Assembly (NCBI RefSeq): GCF_004010195.1 | Contig: NC_057750.1 | Span: 6,311,514 to 6,374,864 of the forward strand | Origin: Chiloscyllium plagiosum | Taxonomy: Eukaryota | Length of the DNA: 63,351 nucleotides | Direction of reading: 5' to 3' | Shown: positions 10,969 to 22,941 of the stretch, piece by piece | Layout of the letters: each line of letters starts with the position of its first letter | Numbering within the stretch: position 1 is the first letter of the stretch | Made by a program: the position numbers and the translations under genes | Notes under the pieces: model-generated | Told to the model about the DNA's origin: nothing | The model's input: the letters and a program-made list of their open reading frames with translations, nothing else | The model's database searches: none

Positions 10969-13179
10969 CCTGACAGCACTAGGAATCTGGCTTCGATTCC
11001 AGCCTCCAGCAACAGTCTGAATTCAGTTTGCACGTTCTCCCCGGGTCTGTGTGGGATGTGCAGGTGAGGTGGATTGGTCATGCCAAATTGCCCATTGTGT
11101 TCAGGGATGTGGAGGCTAGGTGGGTCGGCCGTGGGAAACGCAGGGCTAGGGTAGGGAGGTGGGTCTGTGTGGACCCTCGGGCTGAATAGCCTGCTTCCAC
11201 ACGACAGGGATTCTGCAGGAAAAAGGAGCAAACAGATGTAATGGAGAACTGGGAAACTGGAGTGGGCTCCTCAGAGAAGGCAAGGTGTGAAGGTGCAGTC
11301 AGGTAGCTCTCAGAGACAATTGATTTGATTATTCATATTGACAGGAAGCTGACCCCAGAAATGGTGACAGAGATGTGAGGTACAGGAAGGGACATGGCAA
11401 AGACAAGTTGAGGTCAAAGTGGAAGTTGGAAGTTTTCCAGTTGGAGCAAGGGCAGCAAGTATCTCTGATACCGAGATGAACATATTGGAGGATGCGGAAG
11501 GTGCCCAGGGAAGAGGAGGGTAATGAAAGCTCCACATTCCACGCAAGGAGGCGGGTATTACTACGGCCTGCAGAGGTACCCATGGCAACAGCTTCATTTG
11601 GACAAAGTGGAAGGAGAAGTGATTCAACGAGAGATCGATGCAGCCAAGCGGGGAAGGGTCAGGGCGCGTGGCCTACTGAATAGGCCGCAGGTTCAAGCTA
11701 AGCAGCAGGGGGTGGGGGTGGTTAACGACACAGGATTAAGTTAAAAGTTGTGCATGGAAAGTAAGACTGCACACAGATCCAGAAGAGACAGTAAAATCTC
11801 TGTCACCAACAAGAGAGTCGGAACAGCGTGTGAATAATTAAAGCTGGGGTGTTTCCAAAATAAAAGAAAGAGAGCTGTCAGCTGTGTTGGTCTGGAGCGA
11901 ATGATCTGAAGAGCGAGAGAGAAAACAGATGAGACTAGGGCATTAGTTAAAGAGATGAAAGGAGTCACAAGGGTCCCAAAATGGGGAGAGACTAGACAAT
12001 AGACACAGGAATTAACCTGGGGGGGGGGGGGGGAGAAAAATAACACACTGCAGTAGGACAATGGGTGTGCTGAGACGGCCTTCTTAGTGAATTTTGGGGA
12101 GGAGGTCCAAGCAGGGAGCTGAGGCTGTGGGATGAAAGGGGGGGAAACTCTCCAGAGGAGAAGGTGGTCCGTGATAATCGTGGAACAATGACTTGCTGCC
12201 CTGTGGCAGGGAGCTGGACAGTGATAGGGTCAGAATCAGGTGCGAACGAGGTCACTGCAAACAGCAGAGGGTTCAATTCCCCGTTCCAGGATAGATCTCA
12301 AACCTTCTTCCTCAGCCTAAACGTGGTGGTGTCTTCAGGAAGAGCACGCCAGAAGAGAATGATCAACAGAGGCAGTGCTGCCCCAGTGTGTGGCTGAACG
12401 AGGGTAGCTATACTGCCAAGCCATTGGCTAGGTCAGAACCCATCAGCCCAGGCCTAACATTGCAATGGGGGGAGGGGGGGGGGGGGGGAAGGTGAGAATG
12501 CGATAGGGAGATGGAGGTGGGAGTAATGGCGATAGGTCAGAGAGGAGGGTGGAGCAGACAGGTGGGAAGGAAGATGGACAGATAGGACAGTCATGAGAGT
12601 GGTGCTGAGTTGGAAGGTTGGAACTGGGATAAGGTGGGGGGAGGGGAAATGCAGAGAGAACACCACGTCAGGCTGAGAGAAAGCCACACAGGGATGAGGC
12701 CAAGATTCTGTCCTGGGATCCACTTCTGCCAGAGTGTCACTTATCTGAGACAGACCATTCTCCTGTAATCAACGCCCTCTCAGATTTATAGAAAAACTCC
12801 ATTCCCTTCCCCGCCTCACAGTTCACATTCACAACTTCTCAATTTGATTTGATTTATTTATTGTCACACGGATTCTATTACGAATTGCAGCGAAAAGTGT
12901 TGTTTGGTTTCGCCAATCTCTGGTTCCATCTTAAAACACAGGAAAGTGTGAACATCAAGCACAGAACATAAAAGGCAGAAAATGAAGAAATAAAGAAAGA
13001 AACTTGACAGCCTGGCTTGTTACCGGCTCCGTCATAGACCACCGAACGGCCTGGACAGTGGGGATGTTGGAAAGATGCTTCTATTGCAAGGAGTGAATTG
13101 GACCCGAGGGCACAGGCTAAGAGTAAAGGGAAGACCCTTTAGAATGGGGATGAGGAGAAACGTCTTCAGCCAGAGAGTG

Positions 13180-13508
13180 ATTAGATTAGATTATATTAGA
13201 TGACTTACAGTGTGGAAACAGGCCCTTCGGCCCAACAAGTCCACACCGACCCACCGAGGCTAATACCACCCAGACCCATACCCCTACATTTACCCCTTCA
13301 CCTAAAACTACGGGCAATTTAGAATGGCCAATTCACCTGACCTGCAAATTTTTGGATTGTGGGAGGAAACCGGAGCACCCGGAGGAAACCCACGCAGACA
13401 CGGTGAGAACGTGCAAACTCCACACAGACAGTCACCTGAGGCGGGGATTAAACCCGGGTCTCTGGCGCTGTGAGGCAGCAGTGCTAACCACTGTGCCACC
13501 GTGCCGCC
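13180..13508 (-). mobile_element. near full-length HE1-type SINE nested in a CR1 fragment (about 13055-13715)
   Basis: GGCGGCACGGTGGCACAGTGGTTAGCACTGC head and (AATCT)n tail; CR1 FSQRV..NLWNSLP split around it. Confidence 0.88.
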
Positions 13509-14249
13509 CACAGTGGGGAATCTATGGAATTCACTGCCACAGAAGGCTGTGGAGGCCGGGTCATTGAGTACATTTAAAACAGAGATTGATAAGTTCTTGA
13601 TTGCCAAGGGGATCAAGGGTTACGGGGGAGAATGGGTTTGAAAAACCTATCAGTCGTGATTGAATGGTGGAGTAGACTCGATGGGCCGAATGGCCCAATT
13701 TCTGTTCCTGTGTCTTATAGTCACGGGCCTGGTGGCCAGGCACATGTCTCCTTCGTGCCGTCATCACTAGAACGAAAGTCCCCACTCTTCACCACAATCT
13801 TGCTACCGCCAACTTCTTGAGACTCTCCAGTCATCTTGGCGACTCGTCCTGTTTCTCAGAGACAACACTATCTGCCTCACCCATTCATTGTTGCTGAAAC
13901 TCTCCCTGTCTCCCAGTTCGTGGTGACATTCTCCTGCCTCCCTCCTCTACACCATAAGACCCAGCTCCTGATTCCCATCCTCTATTCATCCCCTTTCTCT
14001 ATTCGTTCAGACAGTGTGCCCACTCACCGCTGGGTGAGTCAGCATTTATTACCCATTTCTAATTACCCTTCACAGGGTGGAGATTAGTTTGAAATCTATC
14101 TGTTGTAGGGATGCCCAAACAGCTACTAGGGAGGGAATTTTGGGGTTTAGATCCAGCGACACCGTCAGAACAGGGGATATATTTTCAATTTCTGAATTAG
14201 TGGTGCTGGAAGAGCACAGCAGTTCAGGCAGCATCCAAGGGAGCAGTAA

Positions 14250-14285
14250 AATCGACGTTTCGGGCAAAAGCCCTTCATCAGGAAT
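14250..14285 (-). ncRNA. minimal type-I hammerhead ribozyme motif
   Basis: AUUC-CUGAUGA-A-GGGC(UUUU)GCCC-GAA-ACGU-C-GAUU. Confidence 0.8.
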
Positions 14286-14299
14286 AATGGTGAGCGAAT

Positions 14300-14870
14300 T
14301 GGAGGGGGTGGGATTCCCTCATTCCAAGGTCATGTGTTTGGAAAGTGCTGTCTGAGGCGTTCCCATGGGTTTGCTGCCCCTTGTCCTTCCAGATGGAAGT
14401 GGTCGTGGGTTTGGAAGGAACGGTCTCAGGATCTTTGGTGAACTTCCGCAGAGCATCTTGTAGATGGTACACACTGCTGCTATTGAGCATTAGGGATGGG
14501 GAGAGTGAATTTTGTGGGTGTGGTGCCAATCAAGCGGGGGCTGCTTTGTCCCTGGATGGTGTTGAGCTTCTTGAGTGTTGTTGGAGCTGCCCCCATCCAG
14601 GGCAAGTGGGGAGTATTCCATCACACATCTGACTTGCGTCTTGTAGATGGTGGGACAGGCTTTGGGGCATTATTTGCTGAGGAATTTCAAGACCCTGACC
14701 TGCTATTGTAGCCACTGTGCTTGTGTAGCTAATCCAGTTCAGTTCCTGGTCAATGGTAAACCCAGGATGTTGACACTGGGGGGAGTTCAGTGAGAGTAGA
14801 ATGCAGTGGAATGTCAAGGAGAGATGGTTAGATTCTTTCTTGTTGGAAATAACCATTCTTTGACACTCAT
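14300..14870 (-). mobile_element. CR1/L2-group LINE 3' ORF2 fragment (second family; also about 24055-24295, 27105-27270, 33700-34010, 59575-59980)
   Basis: Frameshifted TIDQELNW..Y.STVA...GQ and PQSLS.IYK....MEYSPLAWM.AAPTTL motifs. Confidence 0.7.
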
Positions 14871-15027
14871 GTGTCGTAAATATTATCAGTCAATTTTATG
14901 CCAGGTGCAATCCTCTATCCTCGTCACTCATTCTGATTGTGACTTGGAGGCGCCGGTGTTGGACTGGGGTGTACAAAGTGAAAAATCACACAACAAGAGG
15001 TTTTAATCCAACAGGTTTATTTGAATG

Positions 15028-15062
15028 CATTAGCTTTCGGAACGTTGCTCCTTCATCAGCTG
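15028..15062 (-). ncRNA. minimal hammerhead ribozyme motif (core intact, weak stems)
   Basis: CUGAUGA-A-GGAGC..GUUCC-GAA-AGCU-A. Confidence 0.6.
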
Positions 15063-15691
15063 GTTGTGGAGTATACAATTGTAAGACACAGAATTTATAG
15101 CAAAAGTTTACAGTGTGATGTAAGTGAAATTATACATTGAAAAATATCTTGATTATTTGTTAGGTCTCTCATCTGTTTGAATGACCATGATAGTTTCACT
15201 TCTTTCATATGTAAAGCACAAAACCTTTTTTAGTTACATTCTCAGGTTCACTGTAACAATTGGTGTCAGCCAGATAAGATGTTGAAGGTGTTAGCCCCCT
15301 GTGTTCTCTGTCTGTGCCATAATGCTTACACTGATTCTAATCTAAAAAAATAGTTAATAGAGTCTTACATGGATTCATGCAGTTTTTGAGCAAAGTACAA
15401 TGTAATTCTGCAAGTACAAATTCTCCCACAAACATATATGTGTATGTGTGCATGAGGGTCTTCGATAATGTGCATGTTGTTCGTGACCTGCAGCACATTA
15501 TCAATGAGGATGAGCACCTCGCCAAGACCTTCCCCACACCTCCACTGCTTTAAACAACCGCCAAACCTCAAACAGAGCTTGGTTCATAGCAAACTGCCCG
15601 GCTTTCAGGACAACGCCATACAACTCTGTCATGGTAGGCGCTGCACGACGTGTCAGAGTGTGGACATGGATACCACCATGTACTTGGCAGG

Positions 15692-15726
15692 TACCTGAAG
15701 AAGGGCTTATGCCCGAAACGTCGATT
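15692..15726 (+). ncRNA. minimal hammerhead ribozyme motif (ACGU family, nested insertion)
   Basis: CUGAAGA-A-GGGC(UUAU)GCCC-GAA-ACGU-C. Confidence 0.65.
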
Positions 15727-17871
15727 CTCCTGTTCCCTGGATGCTGCCTGACTTGCTGCGCTTTTCCAGCAACACATTTTCACCTATACAACTCAGCCAA
15801 TGTTGTCTAATATGCTGCAGGCAAGGATGCCCTGAGGCATGATACAATTGGGGAAACCAAGCAGAGGCTACGGCAGCAGATGAATGGGCACCGCACAACA
15901 ATCAACAGACAGGATTATTCCCTCCCAGTTGGAGAACACTTCAGCTGTCCAGGACACTTGACCTCGGACCTTTGGGTGACCATCCTCCAAGGCGAACTTC
16001 GGGACAAGCAGCAGCGAAAAGTGGCCGAGCAGAGGCTGATAGCTAAGTTCCGTACCCACAGGGAGGGCCTCAACCGGGACCTTGGGTTCATGTCACACTA
16101 CAGGTGACCACCATTGCACTATATACACACACAGACACTCCTACACACACACCTATACACAGACACTCACACACACACTTACAGACACACACACTCCCAG
16201 ACTCACACATGCACCTTCTTAAACCTCTTTACACTCACACATATACATTCTATCTCACAGAACTCATAAACCCCCACCCCAGACACACACACACACACAC
16301 AAAAACCCACATGCACACATAACACATATACATTTGTGGGGTGAATTTGTGCTTGCAGAGAACACAGGGGGCTAACACCTTCAACATCTTATCTGGCTGA
16401 CACCAATTGTTACGGTGAACCTGAGAATGTAACTTATAAAAAAGGTTTTGTGAGTTACATATGAAAGAAGTGAAACTATCATGGTCATTCGAACAGATGA
16501 GAGACTTAACAAACAATCAAGATATTTTTCAATGTATAATTTCAGTTACATCACACTGTAAACTTTTGCTATAAATTCTGTGTCTTACTAATGTGTACTC
16601 CACAACCAGCTGGTGAAGGAGCAGCGCTCTGAAAGCTAGTGCTTCCAAATAAACCTGTTGGACTATAACCTGCTGTTGTGTGATTTTTAACATTCTGATT
16701 ATGGTTCTGCCCAGGGCTTTTCCCACTCCATGCCAGTGTGAGTGGAAGAGAATCCTTCCTGCTGGATGGCAGGGTTTCTGCAAGTGTTGTGCAGGAGTTG
16801 TGAGCCCATCTGTCATTTGCAGAATTGCATGGAGCGATATTTGCATTTAAATAGTGCCTTTCAAGCAGTAAAACATCCTCAACTGCTTCATAAAAGCGAT
16901 TATGAAATAACATTTTACACTGAGCCATATAAGGAGATTTTGGGACCAATAACCAAAAGCCTGGTCACAGAGCCATGTTTTAAGGAGGTAGGAGGTAGGG
17001 AGGGGTAGCAGGGTTTAGGGAGGGAATTCCACAGTTTTGAACCCTGAGTCGGCATTTGTGGAACAATGTAACTTGGAGACAAGGGGTCAACATTAGCACA
17101 CTGCAGCAATACTGCAAGGTTATAGATCTCGAGGAGTTTACGGAGATAAGCGGGGCAAACGCTTTGAAAGATTTGAACCTGAGGATGAGATATTTAAAAT
17201 AAAAGGAAGTGACTGCAAGCATTGATACTTGAAAGCAGCGGATGTGACTTGGAATAGGATCCCAGAAGTTCAGAATTACAGGTACATGAAGATGTCAGAT
17301 AGGCAATATCTGAAACTACAACATGTCTCACTGCCTGAGTCAGAGGTGACGGCACTGCGTCCTGCACTAGAGACAGGAGTATAAATCCCATGTGACACCT
17401 GCCAGTGTTGTACTGAGCGAGTGCTGCAGTGTCAGAGAACGCACTTTACAGGGAGGTGATGTTAGCCCCACATTTTGCCCTTCAGGTGGACATCATTTGC
17501 CCTCGCTGATGTTTACTCCTTGACCAACATCTGGAAAGTGGATGAACTGGTCATTGATGATATGTCATGTGTTTGTTGGCGATAAGGCACCAACAGTCAG
17601 TTGGTGGAGCTGATCACTCAAAATATCCTCCTGGTAGAACCAGAGAAATGATAGCTGAAAATGTGTTGCTGGAAAAGCGCAGCAGGTCAGGCAGCATCCA
17701 GGGAACAGGAGAATCGACCTTTCGGGCATAAGCCCTTCTTCAGGAATGAGGAAAGTGTGCCCAGCAGGCTAAGATAAAAGGTAGGGAGGAGGGACTTGGG
17801 GGATGGGCATTGGAAATGTGATAGGTGGAAAGAGGTCAAGGTGAGGGTGATAGGTCAGACGGGGGTGGGGG

Positions 17872-18767
17872 NNNNNNNNNNNNNNNNNNNNNNNNNNNNN
17901 NNNNNNNNNNNNNNNNNNNNNNNNNNNNNNNNNNNNNNNNNNNNNNNNNNNNNNNNNNNNNNNNNNNNNNNNNNNNNNNNNNNNNNNNNNNNNNNNNNNN
18001 NNNNNNNNNNNNNNNNNNNNNNNNNNNNNNNNNNNNNNNNNNNNNNNNNNNNNNNNNNNNNNNNNNNNNNNNNNNNNNNNNNNNNNNNNNNNNNNNNNNN
18101 NNNNNNNNNNNNNNNNNNNNNNNNNNNNNNNNNNNNNNNNNNNNNNNNNNNNNNNNNNNNNNNNNNNNNNNNNNNNNNNNNNNNNNNNNNNNNNNNNNNN
18201 NNNNNNNNNNNNNNNNNNNNNNNNNNNNNNNNNNNNNNNNNNNNNNNNNNNNNNNNNNNNNNNNNNNNNNNNNNNNNNNNNNNNNNNNNNNNNNNNNNNN
18301 NNNNNNNNNNNNNNNNNNNNNNNNNNNNNNNNNNNNNNNNNNNNNNNNNNNNNNNNNNNNNNNNNNNNNNNNNNNNNNNNNNNNNNNNNNNNNNNNNNNN
18401 NNNNNNNNNNNNNNNNNNNNNNNNNNNNNNNNNNNNNNNNNNNNNNNNNNNNNNNNNNNNNNNNNNNNNNNNNNNNNNNNNNNNNNNNNNNNNNNNNNNN
18501 NNNNNNNNNNNNNNNNNNNNNNNNNNNNNNNNNNNNNNNNNNNNNNNNNNNNNNNNNNNNNNNNNNNNNNNNNNNNNNNNNNNNNNNNNNNNNNNNNNNN
18601 NNNNNNNNNNNNNNNNNNNNNNNNNNNNNNNNNNNNNNNNNNNNNNNNNNNNNNNNNNNNNNNNNNNNNNNNNNNNNNNNNNNNNNNNNNNNNNNNNNNN
18701 NNNNNNNNNNNNNNNNNNNNNNNNNNNNNNNNNNNNNNNNNNNNNNNNNNNNNNNNNNNNNNNNNNN
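17872..18767. other. assembly gap
   Basis: Run of N. Confidence 1.
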
Positions 18768-18801
18768 CCTTTTATCTTAGCCTGCTGGACACACTTTCCT
18801 C

Positions 18802-18837
18802 ATTCCTGAAGAAGGGCTTATGCCCGAAACGTCGATT
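18802..18837 (+). ncRNA. minimal type-I hammerhead ribozyme motif
   Basis: AUUC-CUGAAGA-A-GGGC(UUAU)GCCC-GAA-ACGU-C-GAUU. Confidence 0.75.
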
Positions 18838-19266
18838 CTCCTGTTCCCTGGATGCTGCCTGACCTGCTGCGCTTTTCCAGCAACACATTTTCAGCTCTGA
18901 TCTCCAGCATCTGCAGTCTTCACTTTCTCCCCAGAGAAATGGTACACCACACAAAAGGGCCATTTGGCCCATCTTGTCCTTGCCTCAGAGTTCTCTCGGT
19001 CATTTTGTCGAAGGGTCAATAACATTGTTTTCAATTAAAAGGTAGGACGTTTAGAGGGGATTTAAGGATGTTTTGCACCCAGAGAGTAGTGGGGGTCTGG
19101 AATGCACAGCCTGGGGGGGGGGGTGCTGCTGGCTTGCTGTGTTCTTCTAGCCTCCTGCTTTGTCTAATTTGGGAAGGTAGTTGAAGCGGGAAACCTCACC
19201 CTTTTAAAAAATATTTCAATGAGCGTTCAGACGATCATAACATTGAAGGCAATGGGCCTAGGCGGC

Positions 19267-19766
19267 NNNNNNNNNNNNNNNNNNNNNNNNNNNNNNNNNN
19301 NNNNNNNNNNNNNNNNNNNNNNNNNNNNNNNNNNNNNNNNNNNNNNNNNNNNNNNNNNNNNNNNNNNNNNNNNNNNNNNNNNNNNNNNNNNNNNNNNNNN
19401 NNNNNNNNNNNNNNNNNNNNNNNNNNNNNNNNNNNNNNNNNNNNNNNNNNNNNNNNNNNNNNNNNNNNNNNNNNNNNNNNNNNNNNNNNNNNNNNNNNNN
19501 NNNNNNNNNNNNNNNNNNNNNNNNNNNNNNNNNNNNNNNNNNNNNNNNNNNNNNNNNNNNNNNNNNNNNNNNNNNNNNNNNNNNNNNNNNNNNNNNNNNN
19601 NNNNNNNNNNNNNNNNNNNNNNNNNNNNNNNNNNNNNNNNNNNNNNNNNNNNNNNNNNNNNNNNNNNNNNNNNNNNNNNNNNNNNNNNNNNNNNNNNNNN
19701 NNNNNNNNNNNNNNNNNNNNNNNNNNNNNNNNNNNNNNNNNNNNNNNNNNNNNNNNNNNNNNNNNN
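19267..19766. other. assembly gap
   Basis: Run of 500 N. Confidence 1.
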
Positions 19767-20702
19767 AGACATGTGGAATGGTGGATCACCACAATCCTGT
19801 TGGATAGCAGAGCTGGCTCAAGGGGCCGAATAGCCTACTCCTGCTCCTATTTCCTCTGGTCTTATTACAATACAGGGACCCACCATCACAACGCCACTAC
19901 CAGCCAACGTTAGCAAATGGCTTCCTCCCAATAGCCCACCTTCTGATCACCAACTGGGCACTGGGTGCCTTGCTGCCTGATTGGTCGAACGCACGTCCCA
20001 AACCAACCCCATTGGCTGTGCTCTCTATTTTCTCCTCCATGTGATGTGGGTGGCACAAGCTCAGCTAGTGTCTGTTGTCCTTGCGCAAGAATCTGGAGCA
20101 AGAGGAGGCCATTCGGGCCTTAATGGTCTGCTATTCCATTCATGGCTGATGAATGAGAATGAATGAAAATATTTTTTAAAAGACATTAATAAAAAAGAGA
20201 AATTGCATTACTGAGGGAGTGCAGCACTGTCAGAGTGGCTGATTTTTCAGCTCAGATGTTTAATTGAGACTCCTCCCACCGCCTGCCTGGATATAAAGGA
20301 TTTCATGGCACAGAAATCGCCGTCCACAAACACCCCTAACCTCCACCACCCTCTACACCCTCCGAGCTGATAAATACCTATCCCTTCAACCACAACACCA
20401 GGCCCATCCTGTGGGATCTTGCTGTACGGCCATCAGCTGCTCTACATGCCAACAGTGACTGGAGCTCAAGAAATCGCTCTGACAGCGATGCAGTGTTAAT
20501 CCAGAGACCCAGATAATGTTCCAGGCACCCAGGTTCAAATCCCACCACACAGATGATGGAATATGAATTCAATAAAATATTCTGAAATTAAGAGTCTAAT
20601 GATGACCAGGAAGGCATAATTGATTGTTGGAAAGCCTCATCTGGTTCACTAATTATCCTTCAGGGAAGTAAATCTGCCATTCTTATCTGGTCTGGCCTAC
20701 AT

Positions 20703-21190
20703 GCTGTGAAACTTCAAAGGGTTCAGGAAAGATTTACAAGGAGGTTGCCAGGGTTGGAAGGTTTGAGCTACAGGGAGAGGCTGAACAGGCTGGGGCTGTT
20801 TTCCCTGGAGTGTTGGAGGCTGAGGGGTGACATTATAGAGGTTTATAAAATCATGAGGGGCGTGGATAGGATAAATAAACAAGATCTCTTCCCCGGGGGT
20901 AGAGGATTCCAGAACTAGAGGGCATAGGTTCAGGGTGAGAGGGGAAAGATTTAAAAGGGACCTAAGGGGGCAATGTTTTCACACAGAGGGTGGTACGTGT
21001 ATGGAATGAGCTGCCAGAGGAAGTGGCGGAGGCTGGTACAGTTACAACATTTAAAAGGCATCTAGATGGGTATATAAGTAGGAAGGGATATGGGCCAAAT
21101 GGGACCGGATTAGTTTGGGATATCTGGTCAGCATAGATGAGTTGGACTGAAGGGTCTGTTTCTGTGCTGTACATCTCCCTGACTCTATGT
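20703..21190 (+). mobile_element. CR1/HER1 LINE 3' end nested in a SINE
   Basis: KLQRVQERFTRRLPGLEGLSYRERLNRLGLFSLECWRLRGDIIEVYKIMRG; host motif GGCCTACATG|TAACTCCAGACCCAC is split around it. Confidence 0.9.
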
Positions 21191-21269
21191 AACTCCAGAC
21201 CCACAACAATGGGATTGACTCTTAACAGCCCTGTGGGCAATTAGGGATGGGTTCTGCTACTCGCTCTGC

Positions 21270-21552
21270 AAAGAGTCCCTGCAGTGTGGGAGCAGGCCAT
21301 TGGCCCATCAAGTCCACCCTGACCCTTCAAAGAGAGACCCAACCTCCTACCCAATCCCGGTTACCCTGTGTTTCCAATGACTAACCTGCACATCTTTGGA
21401 CTGTGGGAGGAAACTGGAGCACCCGGAGGAAACCCACGCAGACACGGGGGAGAATGTGCAAACTCCACACAGACAGTCACCCGAGGGTGGAATCGAACCT
21501 AGGACCATGGTGCTGTGAGGCATCAGTGCTGACCACTGAGCCACCATGCCAC
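21270..21552 (-). mobile_element. HE1-type SINE
   Basis: tRNA-like head and V-SINE core on the minus strand. Confidence 0.85.
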
Positions 21553-21596
21553 CCAACCACTCCTAACCTGATTTAAAATTGCCTTCCTTGATTAAG

Positions 21597-21880
21597 GGTG
21601 GTATGGTGCCTCAGTGGTCAGCACTGCTGTCTCACAGCACCAAGGATCTGGGTTTGATTCCACCCTCGGGCGACAGTGGGGAGTTTGCACATTCTCCCTG
21701 TGTCTGTGTGGGTTCCCTCTAGTCTCCTCTCACAGTTTAAAGATGTGCTAGGGTGGGGATTGATTATGGGAAGTATTGATAGTGTTCAGTGACGTGTAGG
21801 TTAGTCATGTGAAACGCAGGGTGACACAGTAGGGGTGTCCAGGTGGGGCCGAATGGCCTGTTTCCACACTGTATGGAGCC
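21597..21880 (+). mobile_element. HE1-type SINE (older), immediately upstream of the ckm promoter
   Basis: GGTGGTATGGTGCCTCAGTGGTCAGCACTGC...GGCCTGTTTCCACACTGTA. Confidence 0.8.
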
Positions 21881-22139
21881 TACAAATAATTTCTTTGGTT
21901 CTATCCCACCAGGTCCCTCTCTGTTGAATACAGCGGTGATATTTTTCCAGGCCGTATAAATGTCAGGGACAGTTCCTGGCAGAGTCTAGCCTGAGAGTGA
22001 GCAGGGGGGGATGGGAACTGGCCCTCAATGAGAGAGCTCTAGAGCATGAAGGAACAGCCAATTGGCCAGTGGTTTCCAGGTCAGAGTATCTTCTGTCTCC
22101 CAGAGTTGGCCAAGGAGGGGTGGGAGGGAGTGGGTCACT

Positions 22140-22149
22140 CCTTACATGG
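22140..22149. promoter_or_regulatory. CArG-like (SRF) box of ckm promoter
   Basis: CCTTACATGG (= CCATGTAAGG on the minus strand), one mismatch to CC(A/T)6GG, about 35 bp upstream of the TATA box, next to G-rich Sp/KLF-like tracts. Confidence 0.65.
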
Positions 22150-22184
22150 GCAGGCGAACTATGTTGGGAAGAAGCCTTGAGGTG

Positions 22185-22191
22185 TATAAAG
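22185..22191 (+). promoter_or_regulatory. TATA box of ckm
   Basis: GTGTATAAAGGG in repeat-free sequence, about 85 bp before a strong splice donor. Confidence 0.7.
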
Positions 22192-22214
22192 GGAGCAGTA
22201 GATGCTGTGTCCGT

Positions 22215-22276
22215 CCTGGCGCACTGTTGTAGCGGTAGGTGTCAGGATCACAGCAGGGGGGACACACCTGGAGCAG
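22215..22276 (+). other. ckm: putative non-coding exon 1 of ckm (start approximate)
   Basis: Start placed about 30 nt after TATAAA; ends at GAGCAG|GTAAGG donor. Exon 2 has an acceptor 20 nt before the ATG, so an upstream untranslated exon is needed, as in other vertebrate CKM genes. Confidence 0.65.
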
Positions 22277-22812
22277 GTAAGGAACTCTGTGAACGGCACC
22301 TTCCCCTGTGCCCAGCACACCCCAATATCCAGGGAACCTGGGACCTTCAAAAACCCACTTACCGGGAGTTGCAGCCAGGATTTTATTCCGTGTTAAATCA
22401 ACCGTCCCGGACGCAGGGTTGTTACAAATTTGGGAAATCTCTCCAACACCGTTTAACTTAAAATTGGGAATGTTTGTTTGAGACTAAGTTACAAGCACTG
22501 GGGACTTTGGACGTTTCAAGTCTTAGGATTGAGGATTTTCGATTTTAAACGGGAGATTTTGGACGCTTCAGTGGCTAAATTTGGGATTTTTGCACCCCCC
22601 CCCAGACACACACTTGGGAATTTCGGGCGCTGTCTCAGTTTTTTAAAGCGGCAATTCTGGACACTGACAAACCGGGAAACTTTGGACTGTCCTAAAATTG
22701 GGAATAATCGACAGGTGTTTTTTTTTAAAACTTGGAAGCGTTTGGAAATTTTAACTTTTAGAGTGGGGAATTCCGGACAGTAAGTTACAATTCGGGAGAA
22801 TTCGGGATCACA

Positions 22813-22941
22813 GTTTAAGTTTCAAATTTGGGAATTTTTTGGAAACGGATAAACTACAAATTTGAGAATTTGGGGCCACTGTTTAAGTTTCAAATTTGGG
22901 AATTTTTAGGATACGGATAAACTACAAATTTGAGAATTTGG
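22813..22941. repeat. 68-bp tandem duplication
   Basis: GTTTAAGTTTCAAATTTGGGAATTTTT...ACGGATAAACTACAAATTTGAGAATTTGG twice. Confidence 0.9.

Larger units (their letters stand above)
14945..16692 (+). mobile_element. Penelope-like element: GIY-YIG remnant flanked by long inverted repeats
   Basis: FKQPPNLKQ.LV.SKL..C..RCTTC, then NVVY...IGETKQRLRQQMNGHR...PVGEHFS...EQRLIAKFRTHREGLNRD (stop at 16107); about 14980-15450 is the reverse complement of about 16315-16690 apart from an indel. Confidence 0.9.
17655..18930. mobile_element. fold-back Penelope-derived element spanning an assembly gap
   Basis: About 17655-17781 is the near-exact reverse complement of about 18768-18896. Confidence 0.8.

Noticed and set aside
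13440..13508. tRNA-like sequence with A and B boxes (many similar copies)
   Set aside because: SINE heads continuing directly into the V-SINE core; not tRNA genes
9179..19833. ORFs of 180-345 aa containing X runs
   Set aside because: Open only because they read through N gaps
19960..20030. Paired CCAAT boxes (ATTGG x2) about 2.2 kb upstream of ckm
   Set aside because: No TATA, donor or CpG support; insufficient to call a promoter
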